The notes beneath the pieces are model-generated. The model had not been told where the DNA came from. It searched no databases and saw only the letters and a list, made by a program, of their open reading frames with translations. A DNA stretch of 55,048 nt, taken from the IMG/VR virus record IMGVR_UViG_3300029448_000054, positions 1 to 55,048 of that record; one strand, 5' to 3'. This DNA is from a virus (lineage: Duplodnaviria > Caudoviricetes). Positions 18,765-26,666 of the stretch are shown here, in pieces (position 1 is the stretch's first letter; every line of letters starts with the position of its first letter). The translations under genes were made by a program, and so were the position numbers.

Positions 18765-20220
18765 CGACATGGTCGTTATAATCCTCTGGGTGCTGTATAA
18801 ACCCACCTTCGCGGAAACGTCGGAGAGCCTGTGTTACTGTATCAACAAAATCATCATTTTCACCAACCGGAAATGAAGCACACTCTTCTATCACTTCCTC
18901 TGCCCATCTAGTATCTGGAGCCCATACTAACCCACTTTCTAGGATTGGCGCAATGGAGTTTACTCGAGTATATTTATCATTACCTCTACTCGGGGAATAA
19001 TTCTGCACAGGAATACCCATACTACGCAATTCTTGCGTTAATGGCATACCAGTCGCTTTTGCCTCAATAATCACACATTCAGGCTCCCAATAATCATATT
19101 CTTCTTTTGCAATACGCTTTAAATCAGGGAAATCCCATCTACCTCTTCGCGCATCTACTAGAATAATGTTGGGGGGTTCTCCCTCCACGGGATAAAATAC
19201 ACCCCATGTGGTTATCGCACTATAATCAGCATTCTCCTTTTTACTAAATGCTGTATCATAACTCTGCATAACATAACTTAATTTAGGGATATCTTCTTTT
19301 TCCCACTGATTCCACCACTCACGCTTCAAAATAGCAGTCGTCTCACTCGTAGGATTCTGCTGCCATTGGGCTTCCCATTTACCTACTGATAATGAAGCCT
19401 TCACCTTTAATAATTCTTCTTTTTTCCAAAACTCAGGCCATAACACTTTATAACCATCTTCAGATTTTTCATCTTCTAATAATGCCGGAAACTCTACTAC
19501 TTCCCATTGGTCAGCCAGTACATCTCGCGCTTGCTGTTTTAATAATTTGCCAGTTAAATCAATCTCTGACCAACGCGTCATCACAATTACAATCGCTCCT
19601 CCAGGCTGCAATCTCTGCCGTGGACCAGATGTATACCACTCATAGGCATTCTCTAATGCTGCGGGTGACATTGCATCTTGTTCGGAGTGCGGGTCATCAA
19701 TAATCATTAAATCCGCACCACGGCCTGTAATCGCGCCACCTACACCCGCCGCAAAATATTCACCGCCAGCATGGGTCTCCCATCTGCCAGCCGCACTACT
19801 ATCCTGCCGTAATTTTACATCTGGAAAGACCAGAGAGTAATCGGTACTATTCATAAGGTTACGCACCTTTCGGCCAAACCTCACCGCTAACTCACCTGTA
19901 TGCGTTGCTTGAATAATCTTTAACTTTGGATTCAAACCCATTAAATAACTCGGCAATAAATAACTGGCATACTCCGACTTCGTATGTCGCGGCGGCATAT
20001 TCACAATTAACCGCTTAATACTACCATCAGCTAAACCATTAAACTTCTTTGCCATTATCTTATGGTGCTTCCCCTCAATAAACTCAGGCCATACTGTTTT
20101 ACAATAGGCCATAAAATCCTTCTTCGCGTGATCACTCGAGATGTGCTGTTTCTGCTTCTCAAGCAAACGTGCATACTGCTTCAATACTTCTTCAGGGACA
20201 GTCATTGGGGCATTTGTCAT
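18730..20220 (-). CDS. terL: Terminase large subunit
   Basis: Walker A variant NMPPRHTKS, Walker B IIDDP, VMTRW, RNase-H-like nuclease SYDTA / DDFVD. Confidence 0.95.
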   Translation of the reverse strand: MTNAPMTVPEEVLKQYARLLEKQKQHISSDHAKKDFMAYCKTVWPEFIEGKHHKIMAKKFNGLADGSIKRLIVNMPPRHTKSEYASYLLPSYLMGLNPKLKIIQATHTGELAVRFGRKVRNLMNSTDYSLVFPDVKLRQDSSAAGRWETHAGGEYFAAGVGGAITGRGADLMIIDDPHSEQDAMSPAALENAYEWYTSGPRQRLQPGGAIVIVMTRWSEIDLTGKLLKQQARDVLADQWEVVEFPALLEDEKSEDGYKVLWPEFWKKEELLKVKASLSVGKWEAQWQQNPTSETTAILKREWWNQWEKEDIPKLSYVMQSYDTAFSKKENADYSAITTWGVFYPVEGEPPNIILVDARRGRWDFPDLKRIAKEEYDYWEPECVIIEAKATGMPLTQELRSMGIPVQNYSPSRGNDKYTRVNSIAPILESGLVWAPDTRWAEEVIEECASFPVGENDDFVDTVTQALRRFREGGFIQHPEDYNDHVDVPPRTNSYYG

Positions 20221-20387
20221 AATTATTTAATAATATAAAAATTTTCTTGGCGCAAGACTCTCCGATCATTGTTTCAAAAAGGGGGGTGGAGGTACGCTGA
20301 ATAATTTTCAGAGTGGTAATGATTTGGACAGAACCGTGTACTGCGCTGCGCTGGTACAGGTTCATCGCTCTCTAGGGGGGTTGCCCC

Positions 20388-20445
20388 TGTTGCAAAAGTG
20401 CAACACTGTAACAAATGTGCAGCGGGGTACCTTTTGGCACCCCGC
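20388..20445 (-). terminator. Two hairpins downstream of the GA/TC-free gene (possible terminator or end structure)
   Basis: GCGGGGTGCC-AAAA-GGTACCCCGC (20422-20445) and TGTTGCA-CTTT-TGCAACA (20388-20405); no clean U-tract. Confidence 0.5.
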
Positions 20446-20454
20446 CGCTAGGGG

Positions 20455-21000
20455 TTAGCTTGCCAGTACTAGCTTGCCAAACGCTGTGCCGTATGTGGCA
20501 ACTGTTTGGCTGCTTAAAGCAAACGCACCGTTTAGTATTGCGGCAACCGCGTTTTGGTTAGTGTGTGCGCTGTTAGCGTTACACAGTACACCGCTGCCGC
20601 CTTTAAGCACACCGTTAGCATGTGTGCCAGCAATGTGCATTGCTGCATGGCACTGTACTAATGGGGTGGCTGTTAGCTTGCTAGGCACTTTTGTATTAAT
20701 GCCAGCAACATTAAAGCATTTAACACCCTTAACAGTATGCTGTGGCACACCATTTACACACGCCCATAACATTAAGCCGCGTGCGCTAATAACGCCCTGC
20801 TTGTTTGGCTGCATAACCGCCCATAGCTTGCCGCCACCAAACAGTACACCGTTTGCCAATGCATTAGGCGTAAACTGTAAAGCTACATTGCCCATGCCGT
20901 TAGCGTTAATAAAGGCGTGCATAGCTGCAACATTAATATTGCCAGCCGCACCATTTGCACCGTTAAAAGCCTGTGCCGCTTGTGTTGTTGTGTTAACCAT
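20455..21000 (-). CDS. Asp/Glu-free 181-aa protein encoded by GA/TC-free DNA; paralog of 21739..22191
   Basis: Has its own promoter-like region, RBS hairpin and TAA stop; shares motifs with the 21739 protein. Confidence 0.8.
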   Translation of the reverse strand: MVNTTTQAAQAFNGANGAAGNINVAAMHAFINANGMGNVALQFTPNALANGVLFGGGKLWAVMQPNKQGVISARGLMLWACVNGVPQHTVKGVKCFNVAGINTKVPSKLTATPLVQCHAAMHIAGTHANGVLKGGSGVLCNANSAHTNQNAVAAILNGAFALSSQTVATYGTAFGKLVLAS

Positions 21001-21050
21001 TGTTAACCCCTTTTTAGTTAACGCCGCCGCCCTATGCGGTGGCTATACAT

Positions 21051-21082
21051 ATTTTATGCCACAGGTGGGATATGGGTGTAAA
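21051..21082 (-). promoter_or_regulatory. Putative sigma70-type promoter for the GA/TC-free gene
   Basis: TTTACA at 21077-21082, then CATAAA at 18 nt or TAAAAT at 20 nt; AT-rich upstream; followed by a 5' hairpin at 21023-21043. Confidence 0.55.
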
Positions 21083-21135
21083 CCCCTAAAAGCACATTAA
21101 TGCAAAAATAATTGCAATAACCCCAATTAACGCCA

Positions 21136-21312
21136 TTAGCATTTGTGCCGCCATGCACCGATATAGCCGACCATAAAGCTGGATAAGCCAATGGCAAATA
21201 TCATTGCGGTCATGTAATGGTGCAACGGTGGGATATTAAACAGGTCCGCACTGGTAAACATTAAGAACACACCAGCCAACATAAGATAGGTATATGTAAA
21301 GATCATCAACAT
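21136..21312 (-). CDS. Small 2-TM membrane protein
   Basis: GGAG RBS before MLMIFTY; two hydrophobic segments. Confidence 0.5.
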   Translation of the reverse strand: MLMIFTYTYLMLAGVFLMFTSADLFNIPPLHHYMTAMIFAIGLSSFMVGYIGAWRHKC

Positions 21313-21314
21313 AA

Positions 21315-21503
21315 CTAGCTCCCCATAACAGTGCCATGCTGACACCATGCAGTAATTTCATCAAACAGTGCTTTCGGCACAATTTTGGTTTCATCGTTTG
21401 GTCCCCAGCCAATATTTACGCATTGACTAATAGGCACACAGCCAAACTCACGGTGATACAAAAAGTCCTCATCCGTTTGCTCTCGTAAAGTATCGTAGTC
21501 CAT
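21315..21503 (-). CDS. Hypothetical protein
   Basis: AAAGGAG RBS; 62 aa. Confidence 0.6.
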   Translation of the reverse strand: MDYDTLREQTDEDFLYHREFGCVPISQCVNIGWGPNDETKIVPKALFDEITAWCQHGTVMGS

Positions 21504-21674
21504 AACCAGCTCCTTTGCGTTAAGTTATGTATTTACAGTGCCAGCCGCCGAGCTGTCTTGCCAGCACAAAATTGTCACAGCGACCAGGATTGACTTCTGG
21601 AGAAGTCTGGCGAAATTTAATGATGTAGTGTGAGTATATATGACGGTGCATATATAATGAGATCTTTTTCTATC

Positions 21675-21696
21675 TCCATCCATCCATCCATCCATC
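21675..21696. repeat. (TCCA)5TC microsatellite
   Basis: Read directly; abuts the terminator U-tract. Confidence 0.9.
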
Positions 21697-21726
21697 AAAA
21701 AAGAAAGGGCGACCAATCGGCCGCCC
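21697..21726 (-). terminator. Rho-independent terminator
   Basis: GGGCGGCC-GATT-GGTCGCCC-TTTCTTTTTT on the minus strand. Confidence 0.85.
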
Positions 21727-21738
21727 ATCCTAAGATAA

Positions 21739-22191
21739 TTAAGCTGGGATAACGAACAGCTCAACGAAGTTCTTGCCCCATGTAGCCTTGGCTGATGGTG
21801 ACTGCCCACCATTAAGCGCGTCCAATAAAGCATGGAACTTTCTTGCCTTGATTGACTTATGGGCTAAGTCTACATCGGTTAAGGTAACTACATGACCCTC
21901 ATGGTCGGAGTTGATCAACTGCCATACTACCTTACCACGAAGGGTGAGGTTGGGATTGCCTACCTCATCAAATAATGTTTTTGCCTTTTCAAAAGGAAAA
22001 GGATTAGGCGTACCAACTACATCAACAGTAGGCCGGACACCGACATTATTTGGATTGCCGCCAGCTTGCTCTTGGACAAACTTAAAAATGTCCTGAGCGG
22101 TGACTCCCATATTACGCTGGTCCTCGGGGAGAGAATTAATGCCCTGAAAAGTGATTTCCTGAGCTACGACTTTTTTAGCTGATTTAGCCAT
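21739..22191 (-). CDS. 150-aa early protein, normal-composition paralog of 20455..21000
   Basis: Start MAKSAKK follows an AGAAAGGA RBS; monocistronic with promoter and terminator. Confidence 0.8.
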   Translation of the reverse strand: MAKSAKKVVAQEITFQGINSLPEDQRNMGVTAQDIFKFVQEQAGGNPNNVGVRPTVDVVGTPNPFPFEKAKTLFDEVGNPNLTLRGKVVWQLINSDHEGHVVTLTDVDLAHKSIKARKFHALLDALNGGQSPSAKATWGKNFVELFVIPA

Positions 22192-22242
22192 GATAAGTTC
22201 CTTTCTACGAACTTGAGTTAGTAGCAACCCTGCTACACATAT

Positions 22243-22271
22243 AGAGTAGCAAATAGACCTTCCGCTGTAAA
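22243..22271 (-). promoter_or_regulatory. Putative sigma70 promoter
   Basis: TTTACA-N17-TACTCT followed by hairpin GTAGCA-GGGT-TGCTAC. Confidence 0.65.
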
Positions 22272-22344
22272 CACCTAAGTTATCATAATGAGTAAAAAAG
22301 ATACGAGCAGCTCGACACCTGATGTCATGTGAATTCTACCGATA

Positions 22345-22782
22345 TCACCGGACCTCTCGACCTGGATCGTCGCTCATCATCAGTCGTCGGAGGACTCTTG
22401 CCCATCCATCTCCATCCATCGGCCATTCCATCCGGTCATCGTACAATGGCTCTCCATCCATCAATCTCTTACTCAGGTTTCGGCCATCCATAAATAATAG
22501 CTGCCCTGACGAAGGATGATGAACCAAGTTCCAAACGCATCCACCAACAGATGTTCTTGAGGTCTGCCATGCTATTTGATGAGGACGCCACTTGGGGAAC
22601 TTCTTGTCAGACTTTGTCGCAAGTATCTTTAACTCTACCCAGAAATCCTTGCCATTCAAGCAACCATTGACATCAGGCACTCCTGGACTTGCCCATGACT
22701 CCATTCTAGTCCAGTGTACCCCAAGGGGTCTGGTTCCATCGCGTAAGGCTTTCCAAAGTTTAGACTCAGGGTTCTTTGCCAT
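22345..22782 (-). CDS. PD-(D/E)xK nuclease (Holliday junction resolvase/VRR-NUC-like)
   Basis: E..LW...R.E....GVPD....FWVELK...PHQIAW. Confidence 0.8.
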   Translation of the reverse strand: MAKNPESKLWKALRDGTRPLGVHWTRMESWASPGVPDVNGCLNGKDFWVELKILATKSDKKFPKWRPHQIAWQTSRTSVGGCVWNLVHHPSSGQLLFMDGRNLSKRLMDGEPLYDDRMEWPMDGDGWARVLRRLMMSDDPGREVR

Positions 22783-23326
22783 CAGGTAAAACCTCCAGTT
22801 TGTCCATCTCTATGACAGGGCTGGTCGCTTCTACCAATGCTGGGTAGTCTTGCTGTATCCGCTTAATTTCAGTAAGCACTTCTTCTTTACTCATTTGGTC
22901 TATCTTACCATGCAGTATTTCTTTACGGTCAATGTAAAGACCCGCAGCTTGGCCTCTTGATTTTTCAGCCGAGACTGCTGCTGCATAGTTTCCATTCTGC
23001 ATAGCTACATCACGGAGTTGTGCTAACTTCTGTACATGGCTTTCAAAGGTGACCTCGTACTTCTGTTGTAGCTCTTTCTTTATTTCATATACCCTGTTCA
23101 AAACCTGAGGGTAGTTACGTCCGTTCAACATATGGCTTGCGATAGAGTGTGCATTGGATTCAGCGTACCCTGCCCTGAGTGCTGCTTCCGTCTGTGTAAC
23201 TTCTTCTGTTGCATAGATCATTGCAAACTTTTCCTGCATGGGTGTCAGCCCTTTTTCCACCCGAGGATTAGCCACAATGTCCAAACTGTTTTTATGAGTA
23301 ACCTTTGCCTTTGCCATAAGACTCAT
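22766..23326 (-). CDS. terS: Terminase small subunit
   Basis: LT..QEKFA..Y...TQTEAA.RAGY......AS..L HTH, then AAV.AE..RG.AAGLY.DRKE. Confidence 0.85.
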   Translation of the reverse strand: MSLMAKAKVTHKNSLDIVANPRVEKGLTPMQEKFAMIYATEEVTQTEAALRAGYAESNAHSIASHMLNGRNYPQVLNRVYEIKKELQQKYEVTFESHVQKLAQLRDVAMQNGNYAAAVSAEKSRGQAAGLYIDRKEILHGKIDQMSKEEVLTEIKRIQQDYPALVEATSPVIEMDKLEVLPDGKEP

Positions 23327-23650
23327 ACTACTTTTCTATAATAGGAAGGTAAATAGAAATCGAGTCATTTCAAAAAACCAACGGCTGAAACTCGCGTAGC
23401 TGTCTAAAGTTTAGACTACAATATATGATTTAGAGGTATAACCCTTTGATATGTTTGTATAGCCAGATAACGTATATTTGAATATCGGATAGAGTACCAT
23501 ACCCCATATTTCATTTTCGGTACTATATGTAAAAGTGCCAGAATATCAGAGAGCCACGGTTATTAGACCGTGACCCGTGACCTTTGTATTATTGTTAGAT
23601 AAAGATGATTACCAGTAAAACAGGTATCATATCCCAGAGTAATTCCATGA

Positions 23651-24052
23651 TTACCACCAGCAAGAGTAAACGACTTGTTTACCCTCCTTGATGGCAGCTT
23701 TTGCGGCTTCTATAAAAGCTAGGTCATCTTCCCTGTAATGTTTTACAGATTCATCTTGGAATTGGTGACCGTAGAAAAAACCGCCATCACAAACATTTTC
23801 AACATATCCATTATGAATGGCTCCCTCCAGCTTATTTATATCACCTTCAGTAAGCACCATATCATTGCAGTTAAGCTCAACGGCTGGTCTGCCAGTTTTT
23901 TCAACCCACAGTTGCTCCATAAAATCTTGGAGCCGAGCATGTTTACGCCAGTAAAAATCTTCATCAGCAATTTTTACTGTATACTCTTTGCCAGCATCAT
24001 CTACACGTTTTTCGGTTGTGCAGCCAATCATACCATATTGATCTAATCCCAT
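23651..24052 (-). CDS. Conserved phage protein (MGLDQY...YWRKH...Y.CWW)
   Basis: Motif pattern; GGAGG RBS. Confidence 0.7.
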   Translation of the reverse strand: MGLDQYGMIGCTTEKRVDDAGKEYTVKIADEDFYWRKHARLQDFMEQLWVEKTGRPAVELNCNDMVLTEGDINKLEGAIHNGYVENVCDGGFFYGHQFQDESVKHYREDDLAFIEAAKAAIKEGKQVVYSCWW

Positions 24053-24061
24053 TATACCCTC

Positions 24062-24301
24062 CTATATATCTAACTCTTTGCAACTAGCACGATAAGCCAA
24101 CTCTTCTTCGCACTTAGGACAAGGTGTTTTGTCTTTATCATCTATATGCTTTGCATAATTGTTACCGAGCATTGGCATCCCACAAAGAGTGCCAGAGTAA
24201 GATCCAGGAACAGACCAGTGTTGCTGACCTAGCTTTTTAGTCCACTCATACAACCCAAGATCTTTAGCAACCCTTGGAACATAATTAAGTATTTCAGTCA
24301 T
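24062..24301 (-). CDS. Small Zn-binding hypothetical protein
   Basis: H...TLCG...CPKC; GGAGG RBS. Confidence 0.6.
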   Translation of the reverse strand: MTEILNYVPRVAKDLGLYEWTKKLGQQHWSVPGSYSGTLCGMPMLGNNYAKHIDDKDKTPCPKCEEELAYRASCKELDI

Positions 24302-24403
24302 TATACCCTCCAGTTAAGATTGAGCAGCCGCGCTGCCTATAATTATATAATAAAGCGTGATGCCACATGAAGTAGTATTAAGTACTCCATGTGACTATTT
24401 TGT

Positions 24404-24466
24404 TTAGCTGAGTATCCACAGAACTATGAGCACAGATATTGCACCTAAAAGGCCAAAGAGTATCAT
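24404..24466 (-). CDS. Possible 20-aa single-TM peptide (not in ORF track)
   Basis: MILFGLLGAISVLIVLWILS; ATGA-coupled to the upstream stop. Confidence 0.35.
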   Translation of the reverse strand: MILFGLLGAISVLIVLWILS

Positions 24467-24813
24467 GCTACGTTTGTATCCCGTGGTATATCAATGATAT
24501 GCCATACTGCCTCAAGTAATGCTTCTTCACCCACATCACTAGAAAGTAATAGGGCAGAACATTTAGGCTCATCAGCAACTGGAACAACTGTTGGTGGACC
24601 ATCAATATGTGGATAGTAATAGCACACCAGCATATAATCATCTGCCCAACCTGTTTCCGTTACTTGTGGTAAACGAGTAACAACCAAACGCTCAACTTCT
24701 GTGATCCATAAATCACAAGATGTTTCACTAAGGGTTGGATCACACATTGTTTGTGATTTACGAGAGTAGTCTTCCATAACAGACTGTACCTGTTGCAAGA
24801 ATTGAGTAGCCAT
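24463..24813 (-). CDS. Hypothetical early protein
   Basis: AAAAGGAGG RBS and an upstream AT-rich promoter-like region. Confidence 0.65.
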   Translation of the reverse strand: MATQFLQQVQSVMEDYSRKSQTMCDPTLSETSCDLWITEVERLVVTRLPQVTETGWADDYMLVCYYYPHIDGPPTVVPVADEPKCSALLLSSDVGEEALLEAVWHIIDIPRDTNVA

Positions 24814-24905
24814 TGCTACCTCCTTTTGTTGATGTAGCCCTTATTGGCTACCCTTATATAATAAGGTGTGATAGGTATAAGTGTGTCTTTTATGTTCATC
24901 GCGAT

Positions 24906-24932
24906 AAAAAAGACGGCCACCGAAGTGACCGC
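24906..24932 (-). terminator. Rho-independent terminator with cUUCGg loop
   Basis: GCGGTCAC-TTCG-GTGGCCGT-CTTTTTT on the minus strand. Confidence 0.85.
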
Positions 24933-24989
24933 CAAGTTAAGGGAGGATATACACAAGAGTTTTTTCTTGCACACTTATCATTATACATC

Positions 24990-25211
24990 TTATTGATTGA
25001 TGCAAGGGTTAATCCGTTCCATCAATTTATTCATAACAATATCGGCACGTTCAGCAGTTGCTCCATCTATCCATTCTTCTATTTCATCAGGATCCATCCC
25101 TGCTTTAGAAAGTTCCATGGCGCATTGTCGGGCATCCGTATCACCTTCTAAAAAGTGATACTGTGCTTCTTCTTGCATTTCCATCATCATTGCTTTGACT
25201 TTACCCATCAT
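24990..25211 (-). CDS. Hypothetical acidic protein
   Basis: MGKVKAMMMEMQE N-terminus; coupled. Confidence 0.6.
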   Translation of the reverse strand: MMGKVKAMMMEMQEEAQYHFLEGDTDARQCAMELSKAGMDPDEIEEWIDGATAERADIVMNKLMERINPCINQ

Positions 25212-25378
25212 CTGTCTCCCATTTTATATTCGGCATCCAAATCCATCCAAGCATTCTCGTAAGCATAATCCCAATTAGAATGATAGCCTGTAGCTATGTC
25301 ATCATCGGCAATACACTTAGCCCAATGGTCAAGACTAGGCTCATGGTCAAGTGGCAAATCAAGTTGACTATTCATCAT
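25208..25378 (-). CDS. Hypothetical acidic protein
   Basis: ORF 25208..25399; start uncertain. Confidence 0.5.
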   Translation of the reverse strand: MMNSQLDLPLDHEPSLDHWAKCIADDDIATGYHSNWDYAYENAWMDLDAEYKMGDR

Positions 25379-25565
25379 CTTCATACTCCACCCATCCATC
25401 TGGTCCCCATATACTTAAATGAGACCCTGCTTTACCATCCTTGATTAAAGCATTTGCGAAAATTTTTGCATACTCTTCACGGTGAAACTCTCCAAAGATA
25501 AAACCATCTTCTTGCACGTGAAAGGGTATACCGCTTGAACGCCAATCCTCAGAATCTATTCTCAT
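25368..25565 (-). CDS. Hypothetical protein
   Basis: AGGAG RBS, ATGA overlap. Confidence 0.55.
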   Translation of the reverse strand: MRIDSEDWRSSGIPFHVQEDGFIFGEFHREEYAKIFANALIKDGKAGSHLSIWGPDGWVEYEDDE

Positions 25566-25735
25566 TTTTTATACTCCTTCATCCATGTATTAAGAATATC
25601 GGTTGCGAGATGTTTGGTTATATCAAACTCTTGCATAAGGTAGATAGTAGCCCCGAACATATTGGTTTCACCACTATCCCGTAACTCATCAAGGAATTGT
25701 TTGTATGAATCACTCAACCCACCAGAGCTACCCAT
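25562..25735 (-). CDS. 57-aa conserved phage protein (not in ORF track)
   Basis: MGSSGGLSDSYKQFLDELRDSGETNMFGATIYLMQEF...; TAATG and ATGA coupling on the two sides. Confidence 0.7.
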   Translation of the reverse strand: MGSSGGLSDSYKQFLDELRDSGETNMFGATIYLMQEFDITKHLATDILNTWMKEYKK

Positions 25736-26130
25736 TAGTATTCACTCGGTAGCATAAGTAAGCCATCCGAAAGGTAGAACTTGTAATAGGGCAGAAAACC
25801 AGAGTTAGGTGGCAGGTCTGTATACTCAATAGTACGAGTATGCAGAGTTATTGGACCATCACCTTTATCACCATCTGTGCCTATAATCACTGCACTATTA
25901 TCATCATTAACAGTTACTTCAATGAAGATAATATAATCCTCCTCACTAAGCAGTGGTAGAAACTCAGTAGCTATAATATCCATAAACCAGTAAGCACCCA
26001 TCCTTTCAGCAAAGGCTTTAGTACCATCCGTAAGCCGTAGCTCAGGGGTCATAGGCAGTTTATGGGAATACTGATTTAGGCTACCAGTAAAGGCATCAAA
26101 ATCAAAGATTAAGTCTTTTGCGTTATTCAT
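25735..26130 (-). CDS. Conserved phage protein
   Basis: FTGS..Y.H...LTDG....AE..GAYW.MDII...DGD...IEYTD.P...LMLPSEY. Confidence 0.7.
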   Translation of the reverse strand: MNNAKDLIFDFDAFTGSLNQYSHKLPMTPELRLTDGTKAFAERMGAYWFMDIIATEFLPLLSEEDYIIFIEVTVNDDNSAVIIGTDGDKGDGPITLHTRTIEYTDLPPNSGFLPYYKFYLSDGLLMLPSEY

Positions 26131-26378
26131 TATACCCTCCGTAATTTATCGTTAATAAGTTGATAATGACCATGAAGTTTAAACCGTTTATCTTTTTTGG
26201 TTTTCACTACATAAACATCATCAGGGTTATACTTATCAGGCCATGCTTTTGCCTGACGTTGTATTTTGTTTTGGATAGCACCAATGGTTTTATCCATAGC
26301 ATAAATAGTCACGATATCCCCTGCAAAGGGGCGAATGATAGACTCATTACCGCAAGATAAATTGTACCAATAATACAT
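26130..26378 (-). CDS. Hypothetical early protein
   Basis: AGAAAGGAG RBS. Confidence 0.6.
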   Translation of the reverse strand: MYYWYNLSCGNESIIRPFAGDIVTIYAMDKTIGAIQNKIQRQAKAWPDKYNPDDVYVVKTKKDKRFKLHGHYQLINDKLRRV

Positions 26379-26475
26379 CGCTAACTCCTTTCTGCGAGTT
26401 AAGGTTATAGTTTAATAATAAAGCCTGAGGCATTGAAAACAACTAATAAATACTCAAAATAATCGGTTAGGTGTT

Positions 26476-26666
26476 CCATGGATTTGCAGCCAATGATTTA
26501 AGGTAGACACTGCTTTTGACACACTCCATTATGCTAAACATCAAGGGTCATAATGGGTAGGCATCCATGGCCTTGTATTACACGATAATATATCGCTAGG
26601 ACGTCGACAAACCTAATACACGTCGCCCTTGAAAGGTGGAGAAGAAACTCCTATGCGTCTACCCCC
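26476..26666 (-). ncRNA. Candidate structured non-coding RNA
   Basis: Intergenic, with at least six complementary segment pairs, including crossing ones (see findings). Confidence 0.5.

Noticed and set aside
20373-21068. UV-photoproduct avoidance as the reason for TC loss (the phage has a DenV-like gene)
   Set aside because: TT, CT and CC dipyrimidines are abundant in the island, so general UV protection does not explain selective loss of TC/GA.
20373-21068. Low-complexity sequence or assembly artefact as the explanation of the island
   Set aside because: The sequence is non-repetitive, encodes an intact ORF with a recognisable paralog, and keeps the phage's own regulatory architecture in recoded form. 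Read-level confirmation is still desirable.
20474-21100. 208-aa plus-strand ORF antisense to the GA/TC-free gene, also lacking Asp/Glu
   Set aside because: It is a by-product: TGA and GAN cannot occur in GA-free DNA. It has no RBS, and the promoter, RBS hairpin and paralogy all support the minus strand.
21525-21833. 102-aa minus-strand ORF crossing the terminator and (TCCA)n repeat
   Set aside because: It overlaps another gene and a clear terminator and lacks an RBS; likely spurious.
26476-26666. tRNA or tmRNA
   Set aside because: No T-loop GTTCRA, no CCA-type acceptor end and no tag-peptide frame recognisable.
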